This document shows positions 31,536 through 44,457 of a stretch of 64,000 bases of DNA, piece by piece. Where the stretch lies: NCBI GenBank assembly GCA_964016885.1, contig OZ024751.1, positions 33,294,001 to 33,358,000 of the forward strand, given 5' to 3'. The translations under genes and the position numbers were made by a program. Origin of the DNA: Eledone cirrhosa (lineage: Eukaryota). Below the pieces are notes generated by a model. The model had not been told where the DNA came from. It did no database searches and saw only the letters and a program-made list of their open reading frames with translations. Numbering within the stretch: position 1 is the stretch's first letter; every line of letters starts with the position of its first letter.

Positions 31536-32643
31536 GATAAATCTACCAAGAGTTTACGGTAGTGTCCAATCCGTATGAAGAACTCAATGTATTCCGGATG
31601 TCATGGAAAGAAGAGATGTAATGAAAATCCAATTTCGGTGAAAGATAAACGGTATACAGAGTCAAGATAAAATATTAAACAAATAATGAACAAACAATTC
31701 CTTATATTAAACAAAAAAAGTTCACTATTTAACGATCGTTTCTAGGGCATATATGTGCTATAATTGGTATGCATATTTAACAGATCTATGTACAAAATTA
31801 TACAAAATTATACAAATTATCAAGATTAAATATACATACCTAACTCATATATACGCCGTCTTCAGAAATAATGAAGTATATTTATTGATAATAACAACAA
31901 TTCAAAATATCAGTTCAAAATTGACCAATGAAAACACAAAGGGTTAAAAAGCAGTTTGGTGTGTGTATATACATGTAAAACCCTACACACATTTTACAAT
32001 AATGTGTGTATAATATGTATGTGCATACTAAAAAGATGGATGCAAATAAAAAATTTTCAAGGTTAATATCTCTGTAAGCTTAATGCGCTGATAAGATACG
32101 CAATGATACTTATGTAGTCAAGCATATAAATATATTTTTTTCATACTCACACATATCAGTATAATCACACATACATGTGCGTATATATATAAATATACAC
32201 ATAACCACGAACACACAAACACACACACACCCCCCACTCACATTTATATATGTGGATATAAAATCATAAGCAAATAGAAATTAAGTCACTCACATAAACA
32301 CACTGGTACACACATTTCAAGATCAAGATACAGAAATTAGGTGGGAGGGGGGGGGAGGGGTCAGTATTAGGTTGTCAGACCAGACAGCCTAATATAAATG
32401 TATCTATAAATTATGAAAAATAAAAAAATAAAAACAATAAAATATATTACATAATATAATGTACATACGCATACAGATATACATACACATACGTACATGT
32501 ACGCGCACATAGAGATATCTACACATACATACATACACACATACCTATACTGTCATACACACACATACATTTACACGAACATACACATACACATATAAAA
32601 AGATAAAAATACGGACACACACACGCGCAACACATACACACAT

Positions 32644-32688
<45 letters not shown>

Positions 32689-32800
32689 TATACACATACA
32701 CACATAGACTCATATATATATACATACACATACATATACTTATACATAAACATATATATCCCACACTCATACCACCATGAAAACACATACAAACATCCAG

Positions 32801-32850
<50 letters not shown>

Positions 32851-33069
32851 ATACACACACGTACACATATATGCATATATACATACACATATACACACAT
32901 ACACATATATATATATATACACACACACATAAAATACAGACATGCACATATATATATATATATATATATATATACATTTCATTACCCTTATATATACACA
33001 TAGTATATATACATACACAACCTCACTTATACACATATACACATAAGTTATATTACAATAATAATAAAG

Positions 33070-33108
<39 letters not shown>

Positions 33109-33248
33109 TATACACACATATACACATATACATACATACACATACATATACATACATACATACACATACATACATACACCTAAATATAAACATATATAAA
33201 TACACACATACGAATAAAGACATATATTCACACATAGACACCTATATA

Positions 33249-33282
<34 letters not shown>

Positions 33283-33727
33283 TATCTATATACACACACA
33301 TACACATACATACACATATATATATATATACACATATATACACACGCACACACATACAGACACACATACACACTCACATATATATATATATATATATATA
33401 TATGTGTATGTGAGTGTGCGCAAATACATACATATATATACGCACACACATACAAACACACACAAACACATACATATGCATACATGCACACACACACACA
33501 TATATCACATAGATACGAAGATAAATATATAAATAGAGAGACATACAAATATATACAGAACCCATATACACATACATGCAAACACGCATATACATATATA
33601 CATATATACACACATATATATTCCTATATACAAGCATACACATACGCACACATATATACATATACCTACACATATATATACCACACATTCACATACACGT
33701 ACATATATAATACATATATATACATAC
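31530..33727 (-). repeat. 3' pseudo-LTR copy (~2.2 kb direct repeat)
   Basis: Starts tatgtagataaatctaccaagagtttacgg and matches 37691-39888 apart from a few substitutions and (TA)n length changes. Confidence 0.92.
31726..31870 (-). ncRNA. Type I hammerhead-like ribozyme motif with long stem II loop (3' pLTR)
   Basis: Minus strand reads UAUUU-CUGAAGA-c-GGCGUAUAU...(~95 nt)...AUAUAUGCC-cua-GAAA-CGAUCG-UU-AAAUA. Stem I is UAUUU/AAAUA and stem III is palindromic (AACGAUCGUU). The base of stem II is imperfect. Confidence 0.65.
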
Positions 33728-35096
33728 ATATACATACATATGTATGTACAATCATATATACACACTCAATCTTACATTCATATTTACATGCTCATATATG
33801 TATTTTTATATCTAGAAATAAATACCAAAAAAAACTATATAGACACCCATCTACCCATATATTCATACATATACACTTACAAAAACAGATGATAATAGTA
33901 TGGGGGAAAGGGGGGGGTTTGGAGAAGGGGATCAAAGTAAATATATGTTTCAAGAAACCTATAATATTTTCCATATCTTAATTCAATGTATGTTCTTACA
34001 TATTTTCAATGCTAGGAAATACGAAATCTATGCATCACAAAATAAAAAAGTATACCATTAATCATATGTCAACTAAACCAAAGATAGTCAACATATTGAT
34101 TTCCAAGGTGTAAATTAGTTAGGTTTATAATATCTGAAGCAGAATTATGAAGTCAAACAGTAGTAGATTATTAATTACATTATAACTAAATTAAAGTTAA
34201 TAATAGGGAAAAGAAACCCAAATAAAAATAAAATAAAGTATTACATCGGTAGTAGCATATAAATTATATGTAAACTAAGTTAAAAATTATATATTTATTT
34301 CAATAGTATATGTTAATTAGTATATGTTAATTAGGTATACAATACATAAAGCAGATATTGTATTTCATCAATAGCATAATATAATTATATGCAAATAAAA
34401 ATCAAAATTAATACGCATACACGTACATATACATACACATACACATACATATACATATACATACACATATATATATATATATATATACATATATATACAC
34501 ACATACATACATATATAGTCACATAAATATACATACAGATACACATACAATACACACATATACATATACATATAGATATACATATCTTTTCCAAAAAATT
34601 TGCACAGAATATATTAACTAGGTATATATCAAAAACACCTCCCATTCTATGATTACATGAAATTCTGCAATTCGTCTGTACAAGGATACTAATTTTAAGC
34701 AAATTAAAATTAAAATTAAAGTTTTAGGTTGATTAAAGCTAAAACCAAATAATAAATATATTTCCAAAATGTATATTAATTAGGTCAATAATACTAAAAA
34801 TTCTTTCTCCGTCATAGGATACATGATATTATTTTGTTATATTTTATCTGTAAAAGAATTATAATAAAAAAAATTTTATAATAAAAGGTTAAACTAAATT
34901 AAAAAATTATAATAAAAGGTTAAAATAAGTTAAAATTAATCTATAAATTAAATTACTGAATATATATTAGTAATATTTAAAGGTTTTTCAAAATTAATGA
35001 TTACATAATATTTTCTCATCTGTAATAAAATATTAATTAAATTAAATTTATAGGTTAACTAACATTTAAATTAAATTAAATTCTAGAATAATGTTA

Positions 35097-37538
35097 TTAA
35101 TTAGGTTTATAATATTTAAATGTTTTTTTTAGTTTATGATTACACGATATAATTAATTCCTGTCTTTTATTTAATAAGATATCCCTAGACTTCATTATTT
35201 CAAATAGTTCTTGGGAACATAATCTACATTCCTTTCTATTATTTTGATAAGGGGTGGCTCTTTTGAGCACACTCCAGGTCAAATCATATTTTATATTTTT
35301 ATTTTTATAACTATTGATTTTTTCTGCTAGAGATGTTGTATTAGCCAGTGCGGCATTTTTAAAGCTATGTTTGTGGGTATTATACCTTGTCTTAAAATTG
35401 TTAGAGGTAGCTCCTATATATGAGCAAATAGAATCTTTAGTTTTAACATTACATTTATAGACTATGTTGTTAACAAGACAATTCCCTTTTAATGGGCAGT
35501 TTGTTTTGTTTCTACAGTTACATCCTTTCGTTAATTCTGTATTTGAGGAGATATTATTGTTAATTTGATGTACTGGTGGTATACTTATAGTTTTCTTACA
35601 TTTATATGCATTATATGCACTTATATTTTGTTTTATGTTATTTGTTGTAGAATATGAGAATTTAACTGTAGACCTATTTAAGATTTGATGGTATTTGTGG
35701 TTTGGCGGGAAGTTTTTCTCAAGGATATAAAAAAATTTTTTAGCAATATTATCCTTAACTTGTAAATTAAAAGGAGCATTATACCAAGTAACTCGTCTAT
35801 TACGGTTTCTATGTTGTTTATTATTTTTATTATTTTTATATGTTGTATCATGATTTTTACTAGGAGGAATAATGTTAATGATTTCACCACAACTATTTTT
35901 AGTTATATTTGTAGATTTAGGTGTTTTATCTTTTTTATTAGGAGTTTTATTATTAATATTTATTATAGTCTTATGATGAGTAGTTTTTTGAGGGTTACTA
36001 TACTTTATATTAGAAGATTTAGTATTTTGGGGTATACTGTGGGTGGCATTTAGGTGTGTACCTTTCATTTGGTGTTTGTTGGTAATATTATGCTGTATGT
36101 TTTCAGTATTTTTAGTAGAAGTTATATACTCTAATCTATTTTTGTGGCCACTTCTATCTAGAGCTTCATTATAAAAGGTCGCATTTTTATCAAATACATC
36201 TTGGTTAGAAGAAAGGTTAGAAATTCTAAGTGATATATTATATGCAAGGTTTTTAAGGATAGATTTAGGGTGATTAGATTGTGAGTGTATGTAATGTAAG
36301 TTTTGGTTAGGTTTATGGTAAGGTTGGTATATACCCGTAGCTAAATCTAAAGTTATATCTAGGAAATTTACTACTTTACTTGTTTTTTCAAAAGTAATAT
36401 TAAGATTATAATAGTCCTTAAGGAAAGTTCTAATATGCTTTTTGTTTTTTTCGATTTCTGAAAGGCTAAGGTTGTTAGAAAGAAGAAGACAGTCATCACG
36501 ATATAAACCACCTTTGAGGTGGGGAAAAGAGGCATTTATGTTGAAAAGGAGAAAGAGGCCCACAAGATCAGTAATTTGGGCAGAATCGCTTGAACCCATA
36601 GTAATATCAAAAAGATTACTATAAGTGTTTCTGGTCCAGTATTCATTCTGAAATTCAATAAGTGTTTGTCTAGCATGTGTAATAATGTTAATGTCATCCG
36701 AAGTTAAATTAGATCTATTTTTAGCAAATATTAATGCTTTGTTCAGGAGTATGGGTGATATAGAAGAATAATAGTTATCTATATCAAACTGTAGGAAAGA
36801 AGCAGAAGATTTACACCTAATATTTTTAAACCAATTAATTACCTGGGAGGTGTTTTCCCAGAGTGGTAAAATAACGTATTTTCTTATTTGTGGGATGACT
36901 CTATCTAAAATTTTTTTGCTAATTATTCCAATATCTGATTTGGAGGGACATATAAGTCTAATAGAAGGATTAGAGTTAAAGTTAGATTTGTGATCTTTCA
37001 GGTTGAAGTGTGGACTTCTCAATGCCAAAGGTTCAGTTCTATCTTCAATATTTAGTTTTTTTACTATGTTGTGTGTTTTGTTGTTGATGTTGGTGAGTGA
37101 CGCATTATTAGATTTTTTATAACTTTTTCTGAGTTCTTTATATATGAACTCATTATAATGTTCAATATCCATATGATACAAGTTACCAGTTTTGTCCGAG
37201 TGGACATGGATTTTTTTAGACTTTTTTAGGTCCAATAGGGTAGAATCAAGGTCCTTTTGAAAGACGGATTTATACTTTTTAAATTTGAGATGTTTAATTA
37301 AATTAAAAAGGTCTTTCTCGAAGTCTTCAAGTAAAAAGTTGTGTGGTGGATTCTTGTAAGTGTTGAAATCATACATATATTTCCGATCTGCTTGTTTAGA
37401 TTTTCTATCAAAGTGGTAGGCTCTCCATCTAACCCTTCTGATAAAATTATTAGTTTTCTGAATCATAAGGAGTAAGAAGTCGTCCTTAGAAGGTATTGGT
37501 ATGTTTTTTAAGGAGGTTCCTAAATATTGTTTTTCCAT
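35097..37538 (-). CDS. Penelope-like retroelement polyprotein: reverse transcriptase + C-terminal GIY-YIG endonuclease (Naiad-like)
   Basis: Uninterrupted ~813-codon ORF. The first ATG is at 37538 (MEKQYLGTSLKNIPIPS); the track start at 37559 is TTG. Motifs: N-terminal SLKNIPIPS, SDKTGN (PLE DKG-type), RT QFDIDNYY, ITMGS, GLYRDD, NFLDITL, thumb YHKP..YIH..SNHP, linker CNCx5CPLxGxC, GIY-YIG-like IVYKC...YIGAT..FKTRYNTH, and CRLC..E...LLNKR.E....CNH. Confidence 0.93.
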   Translation of the reverse strand: MEKQYLGTSLKNIPIPSKDDFLLLMIQKTNNFIRRVRWRAYHFDRKSKQADRKYMYDFNTYKNPPHNFLLEDFEKDLFNLIKHLKFKKYKSVFQKDLDSTLLDLKKSKKIHVHSDKTGNLYHMDIEHYNEFIYKELRKSYKKSNNASLTNINNKTHNIVKKLNIEDRTEPLALRSPHFNLKDHKSNFNSNPSIRLICPSKSDIGIISKKILDRVIPQIRKYVILPLWENTSQVINWFKNIRCKSSASFLQFDIDNYYSSISPILLNKALIFAKNRSNLTSDDINIITHARQTLIEFQNEYWTRNTYSNLFDITMGSSDSAQITDLVGLFLLFNINASFPHLKGGLYRDDCLLLSNNLSLSEIEKNKKHIRTFLKDYYNLNITFEKTSKVVNFLDITLDLATGIYQPYHKPNQNLHYIHSQSNHPKSILKNLAYNISLRISNLSSNQDVFDKNATFYNEALDRSGHKNRLEYITSTKNTENIQHNITNKHQMKGTHLNATHSIPQNTKSSNIKYSNPQKTTHHKTIININNKTPNKKDKTPKSTNITKNSCGEIINIIPPSKNHDTTYKNNKNNKQHRNRNRRVTWYNAPFNLQVKDNIAKKFFYILEKNFPPNHKYHQILNRSTVKFSYSTTNNIKQNISAYNAYKCKKTISIPPVHQINNNISSNTELTKGCNCRNKTNCPLKGNCLVNNIVYKCNVKTKDSICSYIGATSNNFKTRYNTHKHSFKNAALANTTSLAEKINSYKNKNIKYDLTWSVLKRATPYQNNRKECRLCSQELFEIMKSRDILLNKRQELIISCNHKLKKTFKYYKPN

Positions 37539-37690
37539 TGTGATATGGATGATGGACAATTGAAAGAGCTCAACTAAATGTATATGGGTTTACAAAATCA
37601 TACATATATATATGTATATACATAAATATAAAATTAATACACACATACAGTACAAAAATACGAATATTTCCGTGAAAATAGGAGCAAAAT

Positions 37691-38804
37691 TATGTAGATA
37701 AATCTACCAAGAGTTTACGGTAGTGTCCAATCCGTATGAAGAACTCAATGTATTCCGGATATCATGGAAAGAAGAGATGTAATGAAAATCCAATTTCGGT
37801 GAAAGATAAACGGTATACAGAGTCAAGATAAAATATTAAACAAATAATGAACAAACAATTCCTTATATTAAACAAAAAAAGTTCACTATTTAACGATCGT
37901 TTCTAGGGCATATATGTGCTATAATTGGTATGCATATTTAACAGATCTATGTACAAAATTATACAAAATTATACAAATTATCAAGATTAAATATACATAC
38001 CTAACTCATATATACGCCGTCTTCAGAAATAATGAAGTATATTTATTGATAATAACAACAATTCAAAATATCAGTTCAAAATTGACCAATGAAAACACAA
38101 AGGGTTAAAAAGCAGTTTGGTGTGTGTATATACATGTAAAACCCTACACACATTTTACAATAATGTGTGTATAATATGTATGTGCATACTAAAAAGATGG
38201 ATGCAAATAAAAAATTTTCAAGGTTAATATCTCTGTAAGCTTAATGCGCTGATAAGATACGCAATGATACTTATGTAGTCAAGCATATAAATATATTTTT
38301 TTCATACTCACACATATCAGTATAATCACACATACATGTGCGTATATATATAAATATACACATAACCACGAACACACAAACACACACACACCCCCCACTC
38401 ACATTTATATATGTGGATATAAAATCATAAGCAAATAGAAATTAAGTCACTCACATAAACACACTGGTACACACATTTCAAGATCAAGATACAGAAATTA
38501 GGTGGGAGGGGGGGGGAGGGGTCAGTATTAGGTTGTCAGACCAGACAGCCTAATATAAATGTATCTATAAATTATGAAAAATAAAAAAATAAAAACAATA
38601 AAATATATTACATAATATAATGTACATACGCATACAGATATACATACACATACGTACATGTACGCGCACATAGAGATATCTACACATACATACATACACA
38701 CATACCTATACTGTCATACACACACATACATTTACACGAACATACACATACACATATAAAAAGATAAAAATACGGACACACACACGCGCAACACATACAC
38801 ACAT

Positions 38805-38849
<45 letters not shown>

Positions 38850-38963
38850 TATACACATACACACATAGACTCATATATATATACATACACATACATATAC
38901 TTATACATAAACATATATATCCCACACTCATACCACCATGAAAACACATACAAACATCCAGAT

Positions 38964-39009
<46 letters not shown>

Positions 39010-39228
39010 ATACACACACGTACACATATATGCATATATACATACACATATACACACATACACATATATATATATATACACACACACATAAAATACAGAC
39101 ATGCACATATATATATATATATATATATATATACATTTCATTACCCTTATATATACACATAGTATATATACATACACAACCTCACTTATACACATATACA
39201 CATAAGTTATATTACAATAATAATAAAG

Positions 39229-39267
<39 letters not shown>

Positions 39268-39406
39268 TATACACACATATACACATATACATACATACAC
39301 ATACATATACATACATACATACACATACATACATACACCTAAATATAAACATATATAAATACACACATACGAATAAAGACATATATTCACACATAGACAC
39401 CTATAT

Positions 39407-39443
<37 letters not shown>

Positions 39444-39888
39444 TATCTATATACACACACATACACATACATACACATATATATATATATACACATATAT
39501 ACACACGCACACACATACAGACACACATACACACTCACATATATATATATATATATATATATATGTGTATGTGAGTGTGCGCAAATACATACATATATAT
39601 ACGCACACACATACAAACACACACAAACACATACATATGCATACATGCACACACACACACATATATCACATAGATACGAAGATAAATATATAAATAGAGA
39701 GACATACAAATATATACAGAACCCATATACACATACATGCAAACACGCATATACATATATACATATATACACACATATATATTCCTATATACAAGCATAC
39801 ACATACGCACACATATATACATATACCTACACATATATATACCACACATTCACATACACGTACATATATAATACATATATATACATAC
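37691..39888 (-). repeat. 5' pseudo-LTR copy (~2.2 kb direct repeat, 5'-truncated tandem unit)
   Basis: Same sequence as 31530-33727. Similarity ends abruptly at 39888. Confidence 0.92.
37887..38031 (-). ncRNA. Type I hammerhead-like ribozyme motif with long stem II loop (5' pLTR)
   Basis: Copy of the motif at 31726-31870, ~350 nt upstream of the ORF ATG. Confidence 0.65.
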
Positions 39889-39896
39889 TATATATA

Positions 39897-39948
<52 letters not shown>

Positions 39949-40161
39949 TATTGGCAACATGACCCTCCCAAAGTATAACAACATATATATATATATATAT
40001 ATATATGCATATATATACATATATATGCATATATATATGCATATATATACATATATATGCATATATATATGCATATATATACATATATATGCATATATAT
40101 ATGCATATATATACATATATATGCATATATATACATATATATGCATATATATACATATATA

Positions 40162-40195
<34 letters not shown>

Positions 40196-40372
40196 TATAT
40201 ATATATACACATATGCATATATACACATGTGCAGATATATATACATATATATGCATACATATATATATATGCATATATATATATATATATACATGCATAT
40301 TTATGTATATATATATATATATATATATACATGCATATATGTGGGTTTGTGTGTGTGTGTATATATATATAG

Positions 40373-40414
<42 letters not shown>

Positions 40415-40927
40415 ACACACACAAACATAATCTTATCTATGTCTGTGTAACATGTTTGTGTGTGTATGTGGACTTGCTTCCGTACATAAATGTACGAACA
40501 ATGTGTGTGTGTGTGTGTGTGTGTGTCCGTATGTCTCTGTATGTGTGTATGTGTCTCTCTGTGCCTGTATGTTTGTGTGTTCAAGTAGATGTGTGTATGT
40601 GGGTGTGTGTGTAGTAGATAGGTATATTTATATAGAAAAGGTTTCTGTTACAATTACTTTCGTTTTGAAACTGGTAGTTGTACAATAGACTTCATTTCCT
40701 GAATTAGCTAATAAACTATGGAGAGATAGAGAGGGGGGGAAGAGTGAGAGAGGGGGAAAGAGAGGGGGGGAGGGGGAGCGAGAGAGAGAAAGAATGTACC
40801 GAAGATAGTGATAGATGGATATGGATATATATATATATATGTATGTATATAGATATATATATATGTATATATATACATATATATAGGAGAGAGAGAGTGC
40901 ACACCGAAGATAGTGATAGGTGGATAT

Positions 40928-40963
<36 letters not shown>

Positions 40964-41560
40964 TGAGAGAGAGGAGGAGGGCATGCACTGAAGATAGTGA
41001 TAGATGAAGAGAGAGGTAGATAGAAAGAGAAGTTGAAAGAAAGAATGCATCGGTGATAGTTATCAGTTGAGAGAGGGGGGGGGCTGAGATAGAGAAAGGA
41101 GATGAAAGAGAGTGTGGGAGACATAGAAAGAGAGAGTGAGAAAGAGTGAGAGAGAGAAAGAGAGAGAAAGGGAGAGAGAGATAGCTTATTCAAACAGTTT
41201 ATTAACGTCTTCTGAACACCATGTCCTTAAAATAAAATTAATAAATAAGGTTTTACATTAATATGAGAGTTACGATAGGTTATTACCCCAACGACACAAT
41301 GGTCCTTTGTACTCTTACCTATTTCCGGTTTTTGTGCCATTCAATATTTCGAGGAAGGATTGGGGATTATTTCTACCAAAAATAGAAGATCTAGTGAATT
41401 ACACGTGAAGATGCGTGGCTAATTATTTTTCTAGAAAATGAAGACATAAAAAGTCTTCCCTCGACTTTCAGTAGAGCTGACTCATGTACATAGACAAATA
41501 CAATAAGGAATACAGGAATATATGTATATAATAGGGAAACAAGCAGAATAGAATGTATAT

Positions 41561-41595
<35 letters not shown>

Positions 41596-41652
41596 GAAAA
41601 CAAGCAGAATGTATATTGTATGTATATATAATAGAAAACAAGCAGAATGTAT

Positions 41653-41695
<43 letters not shown>

Positions 41696-41696
41696 A

Positions 41697-42093
41697 TAAT
41701 AATATTGACAGAATTAATAACAGAACACACTCACTGTTTGGTTGGTTTTCGCTTCTGTGTCTTTTATATCGGTTAATTTAATTTATTCGGTCCTCATCGT
41801 TACCATTGACTGACCAACAGTCAAAAATACAGATACAATATAGACACAAACACATTTATATAGTCTAAAAAAGTTCTTTCGTTGCACATCTGCAACATCG
41901 TCAGTGGTGCTATTATGTTTCCTCCTGTTGTATTGTATGCCTACGCCATCTTTATTTAGTCTGTTTATTTATTTATTTATTTATTTAATTAACCGATATA
42001 AAAGACACAGAAGCGAAAACCAACCAAACGGTGAGTGTGTTCTGTTATTAATTCTGGCAATATTATTACACAAATATGACCCTCCCCAAGTAT

Positions 42094-42100
<7 letters not shown>
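41697..42100. mobile_element. Fold-back element (~80-bp arms) ending in atgaccctccccaagtataacaata
   Basis: Arms ~41697-41778 and ~41986-42068. The terminal 25-mer nearly matches 27036-27060 and 39959-39981. TA tracts lie on both sides. Confidence 0.65.
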
Positions 42101-42130
<30 letters not shown>

Positions 42131-42236
42131 TGTAATAAACAACATTTATTACATAACTATTAAGCTCTGTAACCTACATAGAGCACTCTTTTTTCCTGGG
42201 CCTTTCCGACGGAATTACTTCATTCACACACACACA

Positions 42237-42310
<74 letters not shown>

Positions 42311-42397
42311 AACAAGCAAAACGTATATTGTATATATATATGTTATTCTCACGTGTGTCTAAATTTACATATATGTACATATATACATACATATATT

Positions 42398-42474
42398 CAG
42401 GGTGTCCTAAAATAATGTATACACACTTCAATATCATTGTAATAAATATGTGCATACATTTTGGGGACACCCTG
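42398..42474. mobile_element. Tiny MITE with Tc1/mariner-type TIRs
   Basis: cagggtgtcc...ggacaccctg followed by TA; 77 bp in total. Confidence 0.65.
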
Positions 42475-42476
42475 TA

Positions 42477-42561
<85 letters not shown>

Positions 42562-43732
42562 TTTTGAAGAACATTTTCAAGCAATGCAGCTGTAGTGTGC
42601 TTTGTCTTTATAGTTTTCTTCTTAAAGCAACTAGCCTATCGTTGGACAATAGATTCAAAACATACGAAATAATCGAATCTTTCGAAATAAGATCATTCCT
42701 AGGACAATACAAAAGTGCATCATATGCAGGATAATATTTTGATATAAATATCGAGGAATTGATACCTTCAGAGGTAACATCTTACTTTGGCACCTTAAGA
42801 TGTTTATAGATACAAGGAGGAGGGGAATAAAAGTACTAGACAAAGTGTGAGACAAAGAAATCAGACTTCGTCGTTTCTACACTGAGATGTTTTTACTAGT
42901 TTTATGACTAGTCAGGGGAGAAAAAGTGGCGTCTATCATATTTAGAATGACTGTGAAACTACTGTGGAAGGAGGGGCAATATAGAGGAAGAAAATACAAT
43001 TAATGGTTTGTAAATATTGTTGTAGGAAGCAAGACATCTCTGAAAGGAGCCTTGATCTGCATATTTACAACAGGATATAGACGATGTACAAAACCCACAT
43101 GAGACAGGATATAGACGATGTAAAAGACACACATGTAAAAGACAGACAGGTAAAAGACAGACAGGTAGTGGTATTAATGTGATCAGTGGCTGTATTAGGC
43201 CTACCATCAAGTTTGTCAGTATTGAAGAAGTACAGTTACCTAACATTTATAAACACACACATTTATCGCACATTTCTCGAATGTTTTCACTTGGTATCAC
43301 TTGGCTTATTTCATGCAGGCAAATACTAACCACAGAAACCCACATCGTCTCATTATAAACAGACTGTTATGTTTACACAAGGTGAGATTACACTGTTTGA
43401 GCGCTACATCAGAACTTAGATATCATCTAAAGAGATCAACGTAAATCCCTATCAAGGTTAAAACAGCTACATGAAGTTACCAGGAGATCAGGATACCATT
43501 CCAGCGAAGTTTGCCTGGAATATCTCAAAATCCTAAATACAACGCCACCAAAATCTTATCATTCTAACGAGTGTATACATTCCAGATTCCAACCACAAAT
43601 AGAAGAATGCACCTAATGAATAATCCTTCTTCAGTGTGTATGTATATATGTGTGTGTACGCACGTATATGCCTACAGACATACATCTAAAGAAACATACA
43701 TACGTACGTACACACAGAGAGACACATAAATA

Positions 43733-43819
43733 CAGGCTGTCCCAAAAAAATGTACACCCCATTCTAATAAATATTGCCTGTACAGGTAAAGTGTGCATAA
43801 AATTTTGGGGGGATACCTT
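43733..43819. mobile_element. Tiny MITE, diverged copy
   Basis: ta-caggctgtcccaaaaaaatgtacac...attctaataaatattgcctgta...aagtgtgcataaaattttgggggatacct. Confidence 0.55.
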
Positions 43820-43828
43820 ATATGTATG

Positions 43829-43946
<118 letters not shown>

Positions 43947-44457
43947 GTGTGCGTGTGTGTAGTTAAATATTAGACAGGAACAAAAAACAGAGAGGTAGTA
44001 CAGATGGTAGTTTATTAGGTTCACGCTTTTATATATATATGCATGTATATATATATATATATGCATGTATATATATATGCATGTATATATATGCATGTAT
44101 ATATATATGCATGTATTTTAAGAACTATTGTTCCATTTTTCTAATGTAAGTAACGGAAAGGTCAGTCCATAATATTGTTCAGTGAGGCACAACAGTTTTC
44201 TGAATGTGAGCCACGAAATGTGAGCCGCAGCTGCAGAAATTTATGAGGCATCAAATATTAATTTACTTTTAATTTCAATATACAGCACAGTAGGAAATCA
44301 ATATTTTAAATTAAGTAATTAAACATGTATTGTATGATACGGTACATGTAATTTTACTTTGAAATAATTATTTAGGTTATGTTATGTAAAAAACATTATT
44401 GTACACCCTCTTTGTTTTATGAAACTCGATATCAGCCAGCAGAACTGCTACTACATA

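Larger units (their letters stand above)
31530..39888 (-). mobile_element. Apparently intact Penelope-like element in partial-tandem (pseudo-LTR) configuration
   Basis: The PLE ORF is flanked by near-identical direct repeats, 31530-33727 and 37691-39888 (offset ~6161). Both outer ends abut (TA)n-rich tracts. Confidence 0.88.

Noticed and set aside
31753-31947. Duplicated 64-aa ORF (also 37914-38108)
   Set aside because: It is antisense to the element, overlaps the hammerhead loop, and is duplicated only because it lies in the pLTR.
31530-39888. LTR retrotransposon interpretation of the direct repeats
   Set aside because: No TG..CA termini, PBS, gag, protease or integrase; the RT and GIY-YIG motifs are PLE-type.
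40790-41010. Three copies of gaagatagtgatag(a/g)tg separated by variable spacers (similar patterns at 41530-41660 and 30410-30660)
   Set aside because: The spacers are TA/GA microsatellite; these are local slippage duplications, not a CRISPR-like array.
41780-41805. Hammerhead in the 41.7-42.1 kb fold-back (minus: c-gauga ggacc gaau)
   Set aside because: Both core halves are mutated and the stems are too short to call.
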